A DNA stretch of 58,148 nt, counting the filler, from Dirinaria sp. TL-2023a (Eukaryota), in assembly GCA_051941275.1 (NCBI GenBank). It is 3 parts of 3 records of this genome, joined end to end, with 100 filler letters (N's around TTAATTAATTAA, not from the genome) between each part and the next. Parts side by side here need not be neighbours in the genome. Positions count along the whole stretch, not along the records: positions 1 to 19,319 come from JAVEBF010000339.1; 2 more parts are not named here. One strand, 5' to 3'. Positions 1-11,388 of this stretch are shown piece by piece. The stretch's first letter is position 1. Every line of letters starts with the position of its first letter. Position numbers and translations under genes: made by a program. The notes under the pieces were generated by a model, which was not told the DNA's origin, searched no databases, and saw only the letters and a program-made list of their open reading frames with translations.

Positions 1-673
1 CACCACCACCAGCATCATCAATCCCCTTCCTTCCATCCTCCAAATTTACATCCAAAATCCCAAAAATTCCAAAGATTCGTCAAAGAAGATCGCTCTCTCG
101 AGAGAAAACAGGAGAAGGGAAGAAAAAAAGGGAAGGAAAAAGCAATGTAAAAGCAGTGACTGGTTCTTTCAATTCCGGTTTCAGTTTACTTAGGTAAGGT
201 AGTAAGTAAGGTAGTGATACACAGGTATACATATTCTTGCTAAACTTAAGCGGTTAAAAGAAAAAGAGAGAGAGAGAGAGAGAAAAGAGTGGGGGGATAT
301 GTCTGTCCAATGAATAGGGAAACAAGATCATAGTATATAGTTGGGAAAAAAAAGAAAAGAAAAAAAGAAACCCCCTTAAAGAGAGAAACTATACAAAAGA
401 GACAGACAGATAAATCAACAGGCTACCACAGGCCGGATTAATGATTCATTTACAGTACCTCATGCTAACAGTATGCTTATAACCACGCCATGCCATGCCC
501 ATGCCATGCTAAACCCCTCATTCTCTTCCCCCTAGCAAAGAAGAGGGGTTGGTTACAGACCAACCTCCCGTGCCCCACAAATCCAAAAATAATACTCCAC
601 AGTTGCGTATTTCCTATTTGCCCTGAAAACGCCTGCGCTACGCTGTACAGATTCAATCGCTCCCTGATTGTGG

Positions 674-2875
674 TCAATAGACGCCATTACCATTACCATC
701 ACCATTGACCCTCACGCGACCTGCTTCATCATCGTTGTCGGCCGCCGGCGTGGTGATCATTTTCTGCATGAAGCTGACGTAGTCGTATTTCGGGAGGTGG
801 CGGTCTTCCTGCAGATCCGGGCCTCGGTGCGGGGGCATGCTGGCTAGGAGGTCCTCGACCAGTTCGTCTGGGATGAGGGAGTGGCGGAGGTCGAGTTCGG
901 TGACGTAGGGCTGTTGGTTTGTGTCAGTTTTTTTTTTTTTTTTTTTTTTTTCTTTTTTTTTTTTTTTGGTCCTATGGATAGGAGGGGAGGGGAGAGGTAA
1001 AGATATATGTGGGATAAAAGAACGAGACATACCTTCCCATCAGCGACCTCCTTGAAACTTTGAAAGACCTGCTCGGCCGTATTCTGGTCCTCGGTGACCG
1101 CGACCATGAATCGGATGAACTGCTCAAAAGTCACGTACCCCTTCCCGCCCGACACTTCGCGGAAGGTCTCCTTCATCTCCTGCTCGTCGTACACGAGGCT
1201 GAGACTCGCCAGCGCGGCCGAAAACTCCAGTTCCTGCAGCGAGTTGCTCAGGTCACGGTCGAAGTGCCGGAAGACGCTTTCGAATTCCTCAAGCTGGATC
1301 GGCGTCAGATTCGTCATGTTGCGCGCTACCATTTGATTCTCGAGGAAGCTGAGCTTTTTCGCCACCGAGCTCTTAACGAGCCCGAGTTCGTATGCCAGCT
1401 CGTCGTACGTGTATGTTGTGAAATCATTTTCTTCGATGTTTGCCTCAGCGCATTGCTGATCGAGCACCAAGAGCGTATCAAGGTACGCATCCAAAGGCGG
1501 AAGGTTCCCGTTCAGCCGCTGAACATGTGAGAGCTGGTCTTCGATGTCGCCTTCGAGACCTGAGATGGCGAGGGAAAGGGTGTTGAGGGTAAGGGAGAAA
1601 TCGTTCGCTTTATCGGCAAAGGAGCGTCGCAGACCGTTTTTGATGTCACGGATGGTCTCGTTGATGACCTGGCTTCGGTCTCGTTCAGAGCGTAGGAGTA
1701 TGGTCCATTCATTATCCAACACCTCTAGCTTTAAATTGTCGGGGGGTTCATACGGTCGGAGGCGATAGGTACCCATTTTCGTTTTGATATTTCCGAGCAA
1801 AGCTGCTAGGTCCGACTTCTCTGCTACCCATTTTCGCTTTTGGCTCGTTTTGTAACCCGAAAACTGAGTTGATTGCTCTTTAGCATTCGTATACGAACCG
1901 GTGAAGGTTGCAAGCTCCCATTTTCTCCGTTGTGCTCGAATCTCTTCCAGCAGATCTTTCATTCGCTGCTCGAACGAGTTTTGCATTCCCCATGCGCCTT
2001 GCATGTTACTTATGAACTTCTCTACTCTCCGGCCCGCGTTCTCGACCCTCTCCATTTGGGAGAAGGCGTGGAACCAATATGCAATATAAGTCATGAGAGA
2101 GCGCTCGTCCGGCTTGGCTACATCACAAACGTCTTCCACGTCTAGCAAATCGGGTATGCCAATCTCCTTGGATGCGATGTCGAAAGCCAACTGCATATTC
2201 CCACGATGGTCGTCCTTGTCCAGCTTTTCGTAGTCAATCAAGTCTGGTCGGTGTATGTCCAGGAGGGCGCAAAAGGCCAGGCCGTCATTCCAGCTTGCCG
2301 AAAAGTCTCGAACCTCAACCTCATCGTAGCAAGCCGTCTTCCTCTGACACCAGAGCAACAGCCCTTCCTTCGCCGTCATGCCCTCCTCATTAATATCGTT
2401 GATCGTAAAGCGGAGGATGAGCGTCCATATCAGGCCCAGAATTATCTTCTTGTTTCCGTCCACGACATCCTCGGCGCCGATGTTCGTCATCTGTATCCCA
2501 CGCGACCGCACAAAATCTAGCGACTTGTTGACATTCTCAAAGCGCTGAACGCGCAGCTTGGGTTTTGATGCATAGCGGCCAAGGGACTCGTTGCCAAGGA
2601 CTTCCAGGAGGTGAATCAGGATTACCTGGAAATGGACGAGTCAGCGAGTTGCATTGGGAGTGGAGAGGGCAGTGTTTCCTATAGACTCACACCATCCGAA
2701 AGATCTGTAGCTAGATCGTTGACGTGAACATCGCGATCGTTGACTTTAGAATTGAGCCTGTATGATGAGCATTAGCATGTGATGTGTGACGCACGTGAGC
2801 AATATCTCACCATTTCGTGAACGTCTTCTGCTGGACAGTGACCCATTGCTGTTCTATTATTCCCATCCTCGCCAT
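674..2875 (-). CDS. ain1: Alpha-actinin (two CH domains, spectrin-like rod, EF-hands); 4 exons: 2875-2811, 2757-2691, 2625-1033, 910-674
   Basis: Spliced translation MARMGIIEQQWVTVQQKTFTKW|LNSK...DLSDG|VILIHLLE...; CH motifs KIILGLIWTLILRF, LLLWCQRKT, SWNDGLAFCAL, PDERSLMTY; C-terminal EF-hand region (FRHFDRD, VTFEQF, KPYVTELDL, YDYVSF). All three introns are GT-AG with consistent phase. Confidence 0.95.
927..967. repeat. About 40-nt poly(T/A) tract inside the last alpha-actinin intron
   Basis: Direct observation; source of the spurious poly-Lys in the ORF track. Confidence 0.9.
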
Positions 2876-4094
2876 GTTGGCGTGAAAGGGTACCAGATAA
2901 AGATAGTGAGGCTTATCCAGAAACTTAGAGAAGATCTGAAGTCTCCAAACCCAGCACAATCAGAAGGTTAGGAGGGGGTCTAGAATACGGTCAGTGAATG
3001 AGCGCCAAAACGGCGATTAGCGGCTAACTCCGTCAACACGCGGACCGTTTCCGCCGAGGTACCCTGGCAACCGACTTCAGGGGTAATCAACCACACACTA
3101 TTGATGGCTATTATGGAAAGCATTGCCTGACTAATAGTGTACTGACCTTGGAATCGCATAAACTCTTCTACTCAGCTAAAAAAAAAAGTACACGAGTCAA
3201 AAATACCAGCTGAATCTGAAGGCGCCAGTTAAACCCACCTGGGAAAACTTAACTGCTCCATAGGAGGAAATCTTTCACGAAAGTCTCATCTTTTCCCACC
3301 GGAATACCTTTACGAAGAGCGATAGCGAAGATTGTCATAAGTTCCGTCTTCAGAAAATCCTAACTGCCACCCAGATATGAGATATATTCGAAAAGGGCGA
3401 CGCTCACAAACTCCAATTGTCGATGCAAATGGTATCATACCGTAGGCGATTCAGCTACTACTGACTGGGCTGAGGGTGCGGTGTGTGCACTACCTATCTC
3501 CAGCACCCGAATATGACTTCCTAAGATACCTTAAGGTAGCCAGCAGTATTAGCTTACGACTCGTTGAGTACTTGCCTACATCCCCAAAAATTGCGTACAA
3601 GTCATTGAACTTTAAATGGACACCGGGGGGGGGGTTTATTTTTTTTTATCTTTTTAGGACATGGGCTTCCAGAAATGCAAAGAGCGTGCAGATCAGATTG
3701 TAGTCTTTGAAATGCGTCTAGTATTTACAATACAGATATCGAACAATGTCTAGCGGTATATAGTTGATACAAGTAGATGAGGACATGGCACTCGTACAAG
3801 GCCCGAGACATTCTCGGCAATATGTATGGATACATGCGAGCAACTCTCGTAGCGCCACTCCGCTCCTGGCGGAAAGGCTTTTGAACGTTTCAACGTAAAT
3901 CGTTACAGAGCTGGTTTTCTAAGTGATATGCTTGGTGGGGCCACAGTGCACGGGGCGGGAGAACCCCCTCCAACCCAGTGAAAGGCGCGCCAGCAACCAA
4001 TCTGTGGGAAGCCGATACGACCGCAATGTCTTTGGGATGAGCCAGAACTAGTACACACGGGGCAGAGGCAGCGCTGCACCATTCAGAATGGCGG

Positions 4095-6599
4095 TCAAGG
4101 TGATCGCACTGCGGTTGGGGGCAATGGGAAAAGGCTGTAAGAAAAGCTATTATTCTTCGGACCCGCAGCTGTAGCAGAGCTGACACTTCTCTTTCTCTGC
4201 AAGGAGGCCTGGATTGGGTTTCGCTCGGTGATCGCAGACAGGCTCCTCTCGTGATTGCTCAGGCTTGGGAGTACCACTACCTCGTCACCGATATGCTCTT
4301 CCTCTTCTAGGCTGCCGAAGCCGGCGGCTTTTTGCGCCATCGACTGCCGGGCTGCATCTTTCAATAGATGGTTAATTTTCGGTTTCAAAGGCGAGTGTTG
4401 AAGATCTAAAAAGCTCTCAGAGGCTTTGAGCGTAGCAGCTAACTCGGCCGCTTGTTCGGCAGAGATGTTGAGACCATCGCGGCTGGACTTGCTATGTACA
4501 AGATCTGGTAAGCTGGTCATAGAGCCCATGCTACGCGGATAGCGAAGAGACGACGAGCGGGAGATTCGAAAGCTCTCTTGGGAGTTGCTCTTACTGATCG
4601 GCGAGCGGCTGCTCCTTGGGGAGCTTTCCCGGCTAGTATCGGTGAGGGCTTCGAAGCGGTGATTTTGTAGTGGCAGGTTCTCGGAGGAAAAGGTCTTGTT
4701 GAAGAAAATGTTTTCGTACGCTTCATCTCCAAGAAGCATATTACTCTCTTTGGGAGGGATAATGTGTGGGCCGAGGCCGTACGTTTGGGGGGATGGCAGA
4801 GGGAAGGATGGGGTGACCGGGCCATTAAGGCTAGAAAGGGAGGATTTTGCGGAGTTGGTTGAACAAAGCGATGGAACTGGGATGGATGTTTGGATGCGAG
4901 GGAGAAGATGCGGCTGCGGTTCTTCGGGAGATGATACTTGTTGGATGTCTTCGTAGCGCTCGGACGTGGGGTCATTGCCGCTGGTGGATGGTGCTGCTAC
5001 TGTCACTCCTTCCACATCCTTGCTGGAGATTCGATCCCAGTCGAAGTCACAATCAGCTTCAGCGGCGTGCTCGTAACAGTAGTCGATGTCATCCTCCCAA
5101 CAAGCATCGAGGCCTTGCGTTTTAAGCGACTGTTGTCTGGAAACCCGAGGTCGGACGGGCACATCGTCTGCTTCGTCACCAACAAGTGGCAGCATAATTT
5201 CACTGTGACTGAGCCTTCCTTCTGACAACGAATCTGAGTCTCTGGTGTGTGGTTTGTGAGGTGAGCGAGACCAAGGTTGCGAGTTCGACCGAGAATGAAT
5301 AGTTGGGAATGATTTTGCGTGGCGAAGTCCAGAGCCTGCGGTCGACGGTCGGGAGCTTATAACAGCAGTCCCTTGTTCGTCTTCCTCAGGGACGTCGGCC
5401 AACTCTGCTCCAGTAGGGCGGGATGACGATGGAGTGAGAGTCATTGCAGTGTTGTCTGGAGTAGTGACAGCATGTGGGAGGGACGCATAATCTACGAAAC
5501 CTAAGGTGGCATCCGTTGGCGAAGGATAGGCAGTGACATATTGCGACTCAGCGAAATCATACGCAGAGTAATCATGGGTAGGTGAATCCCTCCCAAACTC
5601 CTCTGTAGATCCAGGCCATTGATGTTGGTCGAAAACTTCGGGCGCTGCTGCACGAGGAATATATCGGGCAGATGGCGATACCGGCGACGTTGCTGCTCTG
5701 TCTCGACTTTGTGAAGAAGCATCCTTTTGGGAAAAGTAATCGGCTGATTGAGAATAGTGGTGATTAGGACTTCGTGCAGGCGAGGCAAACGTGGATCTAA
5801 CCGGGCTCAAGGAAGGTGGAGATATCAGGCTGCGGCGTGCCGGTGATGTTGGTTCTGACCTGAGAACCCTGGATTGAAGAAATTCTGCTTTGATCCCTTG
5901 AAGCTCGCGGCGAGGTGCTTGGGACGCGCGTATTGCCGAGAACTCACTTACTAGATCATGGTGGCTGGCTCTATCTATTTGTTGAAAATGCCGCGCATGC
6001 GTGTGAGTAAGGTGCTGGAAATTGTACGGTTCCGAGATATCAGGTCGCCAAGCAGTGTCTGCAGCTATGGTAAACAATGGGACAATGGCATGTTGGATGG
6101 GAGGCTTACTGTTATCAACCGAATTGACCCGGCTTTGTCCTCCGTTGCCACGGCTCCGCAATTGTTCAGCGCTCTCATCCCATTCCAGTGTCGGCAAGTT
6201 GAATTTGCTATTTTGACGCCTTATCAGCCTTGAGCCCTTGGCACGAAGACTTCGGGCGAGGCCTTCAGATCTTTCTGCTTGAAAATGTAGGCTGCCAGAG
6301 ATGGAACGCGCATCCAATGAGTAGCGAGAGGTTGACATCTCGACCGACGAGGTCGGAGAGAGTCTGAGGCCGAAGTTCTTCAAATTTGGGATTGCAGTGC
6401 TGCTTTTCGATCTATGGCCGTGCAACGAAACGCCTGTCGATCTCTCGAAAGCGGGTCTCGTAGAAGGAGGTGAAGCTCCGCCGGCTGTCAATGGCCTCGT
6501 ATTTTCCCTGTGTATTTTGTCTTTGTATAGGCGCGGGACTTCCCAGGTCGAGCCTATTGTAGGTTGGAAAGAAGATTGTGCAGGAGATCGGGGAGTCAT
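4095..6599 (-). CDS. Ser/Pro-rich CRIB (Cdc42/Rac-binding) motif protein, about 820-834 aa
   Basis: 834-codon ORF with CRIB consensus ISEPYNFQHLTHT and an acidic block CWEDDIDYCYEHAAEADCDFDW; the rest is low complexity. A possible in-frame intron lies at 6109 to about 6059/6065 (GTAAG donor). Confidence 0.8.
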   Translation of the reverse strand: MTPRSPAQSSFQPTIGSTWEVPRLYKDKIHRENTRPLTAGGASPPSTRPAFERSTGVSLHGHRSKSSTAIPNLKNFGLRLSPTSSVEMSTSRYSLDARSISGSLHFQAERSEGLARSLRAKGSRLIRRQNSKFNLPTLEWDESAEQLRSRGNGGQSRVNSVDNSKPPIQHAIVPLFTIAADTAWRPDISEPYNFQHLTHTHARHFQQIDRASHHDLVSEFSAIRASQAPRRELQGIKAEFLQSRVLRSEPTSPARRSLISPPSLSPVRSTFASPARSPNHHYSQSADYFSQKDASSQSRDRAATSPVSPSARYIPRAAAPEVFDQHQWPGSTEEFGRDSPTHDYSAYDFAESQYVTAYPSPTDATLGFVDYASLPHAVTTPDNTAMTLTPSSSRPTGAELADVPEEDEQGTAVISSRPSTAGSGLRHAKSFPTIHSRSNSQPWSRSPHKPHTRDSDSLSEGRLSHSEIMLPLVGDEADDVPVRPRVSRQQSLKTQGLDACWEDDIDYCYEHAAEADCDFDWDRISSKDVEGVTVAAPSTSGNDPTSERYEDIQQVSSPEEPQPHLLPRIQTSIPVPSLCSTNSAKSSLSSLNGPVTPSFPLPSPQTYGLGPHIIPPKESNMLLGDEAYENIFFNKTFSSENLPLQNHRFEALTDTSRESSPRSSRSPISKSNSQESFRISRSSSLRYPRSMGSMTSLPDLVHSKSSRDGLNISAEQAAELAATLKASESFLDLQHSPLKPKINHLLKDAARQSMAQKAAGFGSLEEEEHIGDEVVVLPSLSNHERSLSAITERNPIQASLQRKRSVSSATAAGPKNNSFSYSLFPLPPTAVRSP

Positions 6600-9500
6600 G
6601 ACGGTGAAGAGATTTGGCTCTGCCCGAAGGAACCTCCCTCGAATCGGCGAGCTTCCTTTAGCAGTGAAGGTAGGATAAGATCAGGTATGGCGGCGGCGTG
6701 AGAGACGGTTGGAGGTATGAGAATAGCTGGGATTCTGCAGGTCCAGCCGTGTTCGCAGAGTGATTAGTGCCAGACTTCTCCCAGGAGACCGGCACCAGGA
6801 ACTGCGCGATCTTGGGTTCGGGCACGAGGCACACCAGGCCGGCGGCCTGGTAGGTTGGCTTCAGATAGCTTTGTAGCTAAGGGGTCCTTGGAGAGCGATG
6901 GCGCGTTTGAGCGCTCTAACGGTCGAGCTAGAGAGATTGCTAGATTGGTCATAGGATAGATCGGCGGCATTCGAAGTGTGGGTTGCAAGTGGACCGTCAA
7001 TAGCAATGCATAAGAATGGCAGCCGTTGAACTAGAGATGTTTGTGTAAGCTTCAGCTCCAGGTCAAGGGACACTGTGGAGTAATAATGAGACGGAAGGAA
7101 GTCAGGATTTGGTAATTGCGCCATTATTGGCGAAGAAGAGGATCAATTGAATTGAGAGGGTGGAGAGGGTGATAGTGACAAATAGCAGCAGTTTGCAGCA
7201 GCAGGAGCAGCCAGCAGCAGAAGCAGCAGCAGCTTTGTTCGGGCAGGGGTAGTGCTTGTTTTCTTTTCGTGTCGATAGTAGGACTCGGTAGTCCGTCGTC
7301 AGTGTGATCAGGTAGTGTTAGAGTGGGTGGCAGTTTGTGCCCGCTTGTGCCTGGACTCGGGAAAACTGAGGGTGAAGACTGAAGAGAACGAAGCAGCTAA
7401 ACAGGCGGCACGGAAGCCCGGAAAGCGACAGGGGACCACCCAGACCACTTGCCCCTTTTAGGCAAGAAAGTGCAATCCCAATCGCTAATTCGATCCCCAA
7501 GAAATGCGAAGAGGCGATAGTGAAGATTCGCAAAAGCTTACCAACGATTGATTGGGCAATTGCAATCCTGTGGAGACTTCGACAATTTCTCGTTGGTTGT
7601 TGGGGGTCTGGTGCTGTTTGTATTGACGGTCTGACAGGCGAGTAGCTCTGATAGGCACACCCTGATACTGCCGCGGCGGGTGAATGGGGCACGCGCACGC
7701 TGGGTCGGGCAGTGGGGATGGCCAATGCGGAGAAGGGGAGTGGGGAGAGGCCGTGGGAATAAATAAAAACAATGAAGCAATGAAAGAGTAATGAAAAAGC
7801 ACCCGTTTATCGTAGCCAACAACCTACACGGTCGAGGAAAGGTTTTGGAACATTTGGACGAGGATGCTTCATGTTTGACTTATACTACTTGACGAAAGCT
7901 CTGGCCATGTGCCACTCGTATTGGGCCCATGTCCTCTCCTAAGCATGATAGCCGCGAGCATGGGCCCATCGAAGGATATGCTTTTCGATAGAATCGTCGA
8001 TTCTCGTCTCTGCAGCCATATTCGGGTGCATAAGTTTTCGTAGGGCAGTGTAGGCTGCATAATGGGTACCCTCGATCGGGATTGACCCAGGGGTTAATTC
8101 TGCGCCCACATTTCCAATAGCGAGGGCAACAGTGGCTGGGCGAACGTTGGAAGTGGCCAACCAGGTCGACCCGTTAAGGAGAAGGCCTAGAAGTGAACGA
8201 TTCCGACGACCGACGGATCAAACCCTGTTTTGTGGAGGATCACCTTAAGGTGCCTTAGGTAGGTAAGGTACGGTAGGTTCTTAGGTTGGCTCCTAAACCC
8301 TGAAGAAAAAACGCGAGATGCAACCCCGTCACAATGGATCAGCGATCGCCCCTTCTGCCAGGTACGAGTACCAATCTACGGGAAAAGCTACGCCATACAC
8401 CTCGATTCTACCTACCTCTTCAACCAAGAAAATCAAAAATCAAAAATCAAAAAAGAACTTTGCGTGTTTCATAGGGAATTTTGATCACCTCATACGTACA
8501 TACATACACCACATACCTACATACCTTACCTTACCTTACCTTGCCTTGCCTTCGCTCCAGAGAAGCGAGACTCGCTTGGACGTGCGTTTTGTGGGGATCC
8601 GCGTTTTTCGCAAGGGAGGCAAACACCGACACTATGGTCCAAGCATGCATTTTCGTATTAGCGATACCGTCGCATTGGCTGCTCGCTCTGCCTCGTCCTC
8701 AATTGCGGCCCCCCCAAGTCTCTCAAATATTACATAAAAGGAGTGATTGACCAAAAAGGTAGTTCTGTTCTTGCAATAATACCTACCTACATATTCTTTA
8801 GTCCTCCTAATCATCGACCACTTCTATCCGCACCTTTGACAATCAGCGCTTTTATCATCATCGAGGTCATGATTGATTCGCGATCAGACCTACTCCTTTT
8901 TGCGAGGTGGAAGGGGCGTTATGATCTCATCGACTCCTTCACCGACCACAACATGAGTTCTACCATTCATGCTTCCTGCCAAAGAACTGACATTTCCGAC
9001 GTGCATGGGGCCGCCAGTTCCCCGATGGCTGCAAAGTTGATGCCATCGTCTGCAGCGTGCTAAGGCAAGGCTCTGCTGGATATGAGGTAATGGTACAATT
9101 CACATGCCAGAGGCTTGTCCGTTTCTTTGGGCAATTTGGATGAGCCTCCAAGTGATTGTTGTGTGGAGTTCTTGAGTCTTCATTTTTCTCCCGCTTTCAC
9201 CCTGTGTAGGGGTAGTCAGTCGATGATACTTGGTGAATTGAGCGATGGGCGAACTGCTTCCTCCCTGCTTTGGACATTTCGATTTATTCAGGGTCTTGGA
9301 TCTGCCAGAGTCAAACAGCGCCGGCCCAGACTCTCGCTCTTGAGCGCTTGTCGCAGATGGTCGGCACCTTCTATGGTCATCTGCAGAGTAGGCGTAGCAT
9401 CTTGTCCGCTCAATTTCAATTTCTGCCTTGACATCGACGCCAGCTGCACCAACCCCACGGTATCCATGTGTTCATCGGCGTCGCTAAGGCATGAAATGCA

Positions 9501-11325
9501 TTCGTCCTGTACGGGATCTCGATAAGCCACGCACAACGATGTCATGTAGCACAGTGCTTCATCTGGCAGCTTTTGACGCGCGACACGGTGCGCCACGCTG
9601 ATAAAAACAGTACCGATTCGGATAGCCTGCATCCGGACGCATACCCACTGCATTAGGACGTAGAGTTTGGGTATGACATTCTGGGCTCGGTGGCTTCCAC
9701 TCAAAAACCGTTTTCGTTCCGAATCCGGTCATCCATAGCAGATTCGAGAAGAATCAAGCCACAAGCTTTCTATGCACGACATATTATTCCATTTGCACTT
9801 AAACAACCAGCGCCGACAAAGCTATCCGAATTATCTTCCGCGCTATATGAAGAATGCTTCAGCTACGAAATATATGCACTGCCTCGTGTCGAGTTTATTT
9901 TCCCTTCGTCCTATTCTGCAGGGTCTCGGTCCTTGTAGGGTTTCACACTGCTGCAGCTACCCTGCGTTTGTCGCGACAAACTCTCGAAAATCAGAGGTCA
10001 CTGTACGGTGGAGTCCATGTGAGTAGCCGTCAAGCAGCGCAGGGTTCCATTCCAAATCTTCGTTAGGGCCAACGAAAATATCTCTGCTATAGAATTGACA
10101 GCTAGTGCTACTGTACTTCTCAGTCGCAGGCATTTTTGCGTATCTCTTTTCTCAAGCAAGCAATGCAGTCCAGCAATGACTGGAACCCTATCATACGAAG
10201 CCGGTCCACTGCCATTGCAAGTGGCGGCCCACAAACACACGAAAAACGCTCTTTTTCGTGTGGTGGAGGCTATTGGACTTCCGACGACAAAGATCGATAG
10301 TGAACACGTCAGCCAGTAGCAGTTTCAGATACATTGGAATTCCCCTACAGCGAAGGCCATTTTCCTAATCGGAACAAATCAACCCGAGCCTTAAGCGAAC
10401 CCGACTCGCAGGAGTCGAGGCACTCGTACGTATGCCTCCATCGATTGCTCGAAGCTTCTAAATCCCTGGTCGCGTCCCTCGCCTTTCGTCCAATGATGCT
10501 TCATGTCAGGCCGAAGCACACCTGTATGGCCCAACCAATTCATTATCGTCGCTTGCGTCAAAGAAGATCGAAAACTATCTCAGGATCGGCGACCTACTTC
10601 ATGACTGAACAAAGAGGATTGTTGAAGAGCGCGAGCTCGTCTCGAATGACTTTAAAGCAACCGCATGTTGTCGTAAGCTGTACCCATGTGGGCTGCATGG
10701 TTTGACCATCCAGCTGATAGCACCAGGTGGGTACAGATCCATCTCTCGAGCCGATTGATATCCCCTTCTCAGTTTCTTAATGAGTTATTCTTCTCCTGCC
10801 CACATCTCTTCCGTACAAGTCCCACCGTTAAAGGCAAGCGATCGACCCATTGATTCTCGGGTTGCTCAAAGGAAAGGAAACAGAATCCCGTTGGCAACTA
10901 GAGAGAATTGTTCCTAAACTTGCATAAAAATCCTTCGAGTGCAGCCTCTCGTGAGTAATTGAGCTCAGACGCCTGCGACATGCCGATTTGATAAGACACG
11001 CTAGCAAGCGGGTAGCAGTCTACGCTTTACTTACTAATGCAATTGAAACGCAAGGAAACGCCCCGCCATGTGGTGATGATTCATATCAATCTACTTTGGT
11101 ACTGTCTCATCCTGTATCGGTTCCTTAACTGGAATATACAACTCTTCAGGGCTAGGCCCTTGGTTTCACATTACCTACCTTACCTTATTTCTCTGCGATT
11201 CTATCTACGAGTTCCCAGGAAAGAAGCAAAACTTCGTGATTCGGCCCCCAAATCAATCCCCGTAGAAGCGACTTCCTCCTCTCCTCCCCTTCCTCTCAAC
11301 AGACTCCATGGCCCTTCAATCAACG

Positions 11326-11388
11326 CTCCTCGCTCCTCACTCCTCACTCCTCACTCCTCACTCCTCACTCCTCACTCCTCACTCCTCG
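11326..11388. repeat. Heptamer tandem repeat: (CTCCTCA)7 flanked by CTCCTCG units
   Basis: Direct observation of 9 consecutive 7-nt units. Confidence 0.95.

Noticed and set aside
844..1032. Poly-lysine C-terminal peptides in the ORF track
   Set aside because: Read-through of the A-tract-containing last intron of alpha-actinin.
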